Origin: the human T2T-CHM13v2.0 reference genome, Homo sapiens
Direction: 5' to 3' (one strand)
Assembly (NCBI RefSeq): GCF_009914755.1
Contig: NC_060931.1
DNA length: 64,000 bases
The notes beneath the pieces were generated by a model, which saw only the letters and a program-made list of their open reading frames with translations, did not search any database and was not told where the DNA came from. A program made the translations under genes and the position numbers. Below, in pieces: positions 60,262 through 64,000 of this stretch. Positions within the stretch are counted from its first letter, which is position 1. Each line of letters starts with the position of its first letter.

Positions 60262-60862
60262 AGTTAATTTGTTTATTAGCTCTAACAGTTTTCTGGTGAA
60301 GTCTTTAGGGTTTTTCTGTATAAGATTATGTCATCTGAATAGAGGTACAATTTGACTTTCTCTTTTTCAGTTAGATGCCTGTTATTTATTTATTTTGTCT
60401 GATTGCTTTTACTAGGACTGGGGAGGAGCAAGATGGGGCAAGGATGAGAAGAGACTGATCATTTGGCATGAATTTACAGTTAGATAGGAGGAATAAGTTA
60501 TGGTGTTCTGTGGCATGGTAAGGTGACCATCGTTAACAGTAAAATGCTGTGTAACACAAAACTGCTAGATGACAGGCTTCATAATGTTCTCACAACAAAG
60601 AAAGGATAAATACATGAGGTGATGGATATGCCAAATACCTTGCTTAAATCGTTACACTATCTGTTGATCATTATATCATACCATATAATTTTATATATGG
60701 TATAGTTTATTATAGTACATATTATTATATGTTTATACTTATATACATCATATGCATTATATTATACATATACACATTACACAATATATGCATATATATA
60801 TAATTATATATAAAATGATATCCCATAAATATGTGCAAATACAGTGTGTCAATAAAATAAGT
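60262..60862 (+). mobile_element. L1MA 3' end (sense, 60420-60862) preceded by an antisense ORF2 piece (60262-60419)
   Basis: Antisense agtctttagggttttt...attatgtcatctg...ctgattgct...ctaggact joined directly to sense ggggagg...gttagataggaggaataagtt...gaggtgatggatatg...tgtgtcaataaaa. Confidence 0.78.
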
Positions 60863-61159
60863 GTGTATTGTCCCAAAAGTAAATGAAGAATTGAATTGAA
60901 TTGCCCCTCACATTCAAACTAATGCTGTATTATCTTCCCAAGGTTACTGATGCTCAATGATTCTCTTGAGCTAGGAAGGCTAGGTATATCAGAATATCTT
61001 TAATCCACCAGGGATTGGTTTTAGGTTTCTCTATTTAAACAGTGATCAAATTATGTGGATTATATGGACTTTTAAAATAACACTGAAAAGTATACTTGCT
61101 GCATATTTTCTTCTCTGTGTGATACTAGAAACGACTCTAAATTGAGAACAATAGATTGT

Positions 61160-61262
61160 TTCCACGTTACAACAATGTCACTTAACAGCTAAGTGACATT
61201 GGACAGAAGAAAACATGGTACTTCAGTTTTCTGAGTTGGTAAATTAAAATAAAATCTACAAA
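61160..61262 (+). mobile_element. MIR fragment
   Basis: tcacttaacagctaagtgacattggaca...cttcagttttct...gtaaattaaaataa. Confidence 0.45.
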
Positions 61263-61854
61263 CAATGATTGTAAGTGCTGAATTACTGAAACACAACAGG
61301 GTTTGTTATACAGTAGTTTTCCATTGTGCATGATAGGTGTCAGATATCAGTTTAGATACTGTTTCTTAATTTTTCTATGTTTGCCTCAGCAAAGAGAATA
61401 AACTTCACTAGGAGGAACAACAACAACAAAAAAACTTCAGAAAGAATGAGTAGGTTTTAACCTATGGAAAGTTTGTGGCTTCAAAGGCATCCCCATCTAA
61501 ATTAAGACTGTTTGATAAGGGTGAGGTTTTTGCTGATGGTTGAGGAACTATTTTAGAGATTTTGGAGTCCACAGTATATATTGCAGAGTTAAAACTGAAT
61601 TCTGAAAAATTAAGCAAACCTTATTTTTAGCACATTTGATCTTAGTCAAAAAATCTTGGATAGTTAAAAATGTCATTCATTTATTTATTTGAAGTTGTCG
61701 AGACTGTTTTGCCAGCATAAGAAAAGATCCAAGGATTGAGGACAATTGCTCTTTCTATACAATAATTTTGTTTACTACTGAGGCTGGACTACTCATTCTG
61801 CCATATATTTTGAATATGAAATGTTGAGTGCAATAGCAGGAGAAAGAAAATCCC

Positions 61855-61980
61855 GAGTGTGTGGTGTGTGTATGTGTGTGTGTGTGCACACATGTACGGG
61901 AAAGAGCTCACATGAATGGGAGTGTTTATGCATGTACAAGTTGTGCATGTCTGTGGGTGGTTGTGAATATGTGTGAATAA
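61855..61980. repeat. TG-rich low-complexity tract
   Basis: Direct inspection. Confidence 0.7.
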
Positions 61981-62410
61981 GTTAGAGAGAGTGCTGTTTT
62001 TGAGAGTGTTATTGTTTTTAACTGTGATGGTGTTAAATAAAACCATATGTGAGTTCAATGAATATATGCTATTTTGAATGGAAAAATATATACATATTAA
62101 ACTGTTACAATGCTCATTGAACTTAATTAAGCATTAGTTTTAGGGCCCAAATAATTTTGAATCTGTATGCCATTTATGAAATAAATCATCGATAAATTCA
62201 AAACAGAGAATTTGTAATTAAACTTGTAAACATACTCTCCTTTCATTTGTAACACATTTCTTTTAATGATGCACAAATAGTTTCTATTGTGTTAGACTGA
62301 AACTACTTTCTTAGACATTATTGAAAGTATAATTGATAAAAATATGGGTTATTCATATCTATAATGTGTTGCTTTATAGTCTAAATTGACAAATTCAATA
62401 ATAGTTTTAA

Positions 62411-62749
<339 letters not shown>

Positions 62750-63389
62750 TAAAAAACATATTTTAGTAAGTTGATTTCCTCAGATAGCTATGTTACGTCG
62801 ATAAATCTAATGCAGGAAAAAATATGCACATATTATAATTTGCATAAACCGTATTGCACATACAATAGAAATGAATTGTTTACATAGTACTCTAATTTAA
62901 TTTTGGAATTTAGTGTTGGGAGTGAATCCTAGAGTTGAACTATTCCTAGCACCTCATTTTATATGAGGGAATTCAAAGTATCTTATTAGTCTGTTAAATG
63001 AGTTGCTCTTTGTGGAACTCTAATCTGTCATTAAAGTCCCAAGACCTATGACACCTTTTAATTGAAATCATCTCTGCTTTTGGAAAGTTTTTAGTCATTT
63101 GTAAATTTGAGTTGTTAAACATTCTGACCAATTTTTCCTATAAAGAAAATTTTAAGGGCAAAATGTGCCATTGGTTTTTGAGTTTTACATAACTCTGGAA
63201 AATCATACTGTGTGGTGTGAATTTTGATGTGTGGGGGAGATGTAAGGCTCTATATGTAGATGTGGGGAAGATGCTTGGCTATAAGTTGATGTAAGGGGAG
63301 GACTATAAAGTTTACTAGTTTGTGAACAGGTTTAAAAAATGTTGCTGTCTATTCAGGGAGTTAGGAAATACACTACTCAAAGCCTGATT

Positions 63390-64000
63390 GTGTGGAACCA
63401 TTACTTTATCACTATGTTGATGATTCTCAAGTCAACATTTTCCTTGAAAACTTACTTGAGCTCCAGGCCTATTTATATAACCATTTATTGACTACCTCCA
63501 CATGGACATCCCAAATTTATCACACAAAAGCCTCCTCCTCTTCTCACCAAATCTATTTCTAGGCCAGGTCTTTACAATAATACCGTGCTCTATCCAGCCA
63601 AACACACAAAAAAATTGAGGATAATATAAGATTCATCTTTTGTCTCTCCCTGATTCCCGACCCAGTCAAACCCTGTGTATTTTATGTCTTAAATATGTAT
63701 TAATTTTTCTCTTTTGACTTTAGGTTCATAGTAATATTTTTCTACTGGATTACTCTGACAGTCTTTTAACATTTTTTGGCCTAATTTTAAATGTGTTCTC
63801 AGAAAAATTGTTAATTATTTTTAATGTAAATAGTTAATACTTATATTCTTTTATGCAAGATTCTTAGGTGACTTTTTATCATTTTAAAAAGAAACCTAAA
63901 CTTCTCAAAATAAAATCCAAGGCCTTTCATGATTTGTCTCTTTCCTTAGTAATCAGGCGTGATTCCTGTCACCATTTCTGCCATTGTTCCAGCAAAGCTG
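63390..64000 (+). mobile_element. L2 LINE fragment
   Basis: ctatgttgatgattctcaa...tgagctccaggcct...ctccacatggacatccc; ctggattactctgacagtct; taaaatccaaggcctttcatgattt. Confidence 0.6.

Overview
AT-rich, CpG-depleted primate (human-like; AluY present) genomic DNA dominated by interspersed repeats. I cannot recognise any intact protein-coding gene, RNA gene or CRISPR-like array, and nearly all longer ORFs in the track are decayed LINE-1 ORF1/ORF2 pieces, Alu read-throughs or low-complexity sequence. Main contents: three large + strand LINE-1s (6.2-12.5 kb full length; 14.9-20.5 kb L1PB-type with an internal deletion; 48.1-53.5 kb lacking its 5'UTR and carrying an AluY); older L1M debris; several Alus plus FAM/FLAM monomers; MaLR solo LTRs (MST, MLT1, THE1); MER4-group LTRs; two oppositely oriented ancient ERVL-class pol remnants; Tigger/MER DNA-transposon fossils; MIR/L2; and microsatellites. 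Subfamily names come from remembered consensus sequences and need RepeatMasker/Dfam confirmation. The most notable non-routine observations are a speculative chain of three minus-strand micro-exon-like segments that splice in frame, a cruciform-prone cluster at 54.7 kb, several template-switch signatures, and unusual L1 insertion structures (internal priming, twin-priming inversions). I found no convincing evidence of a novel biological system.
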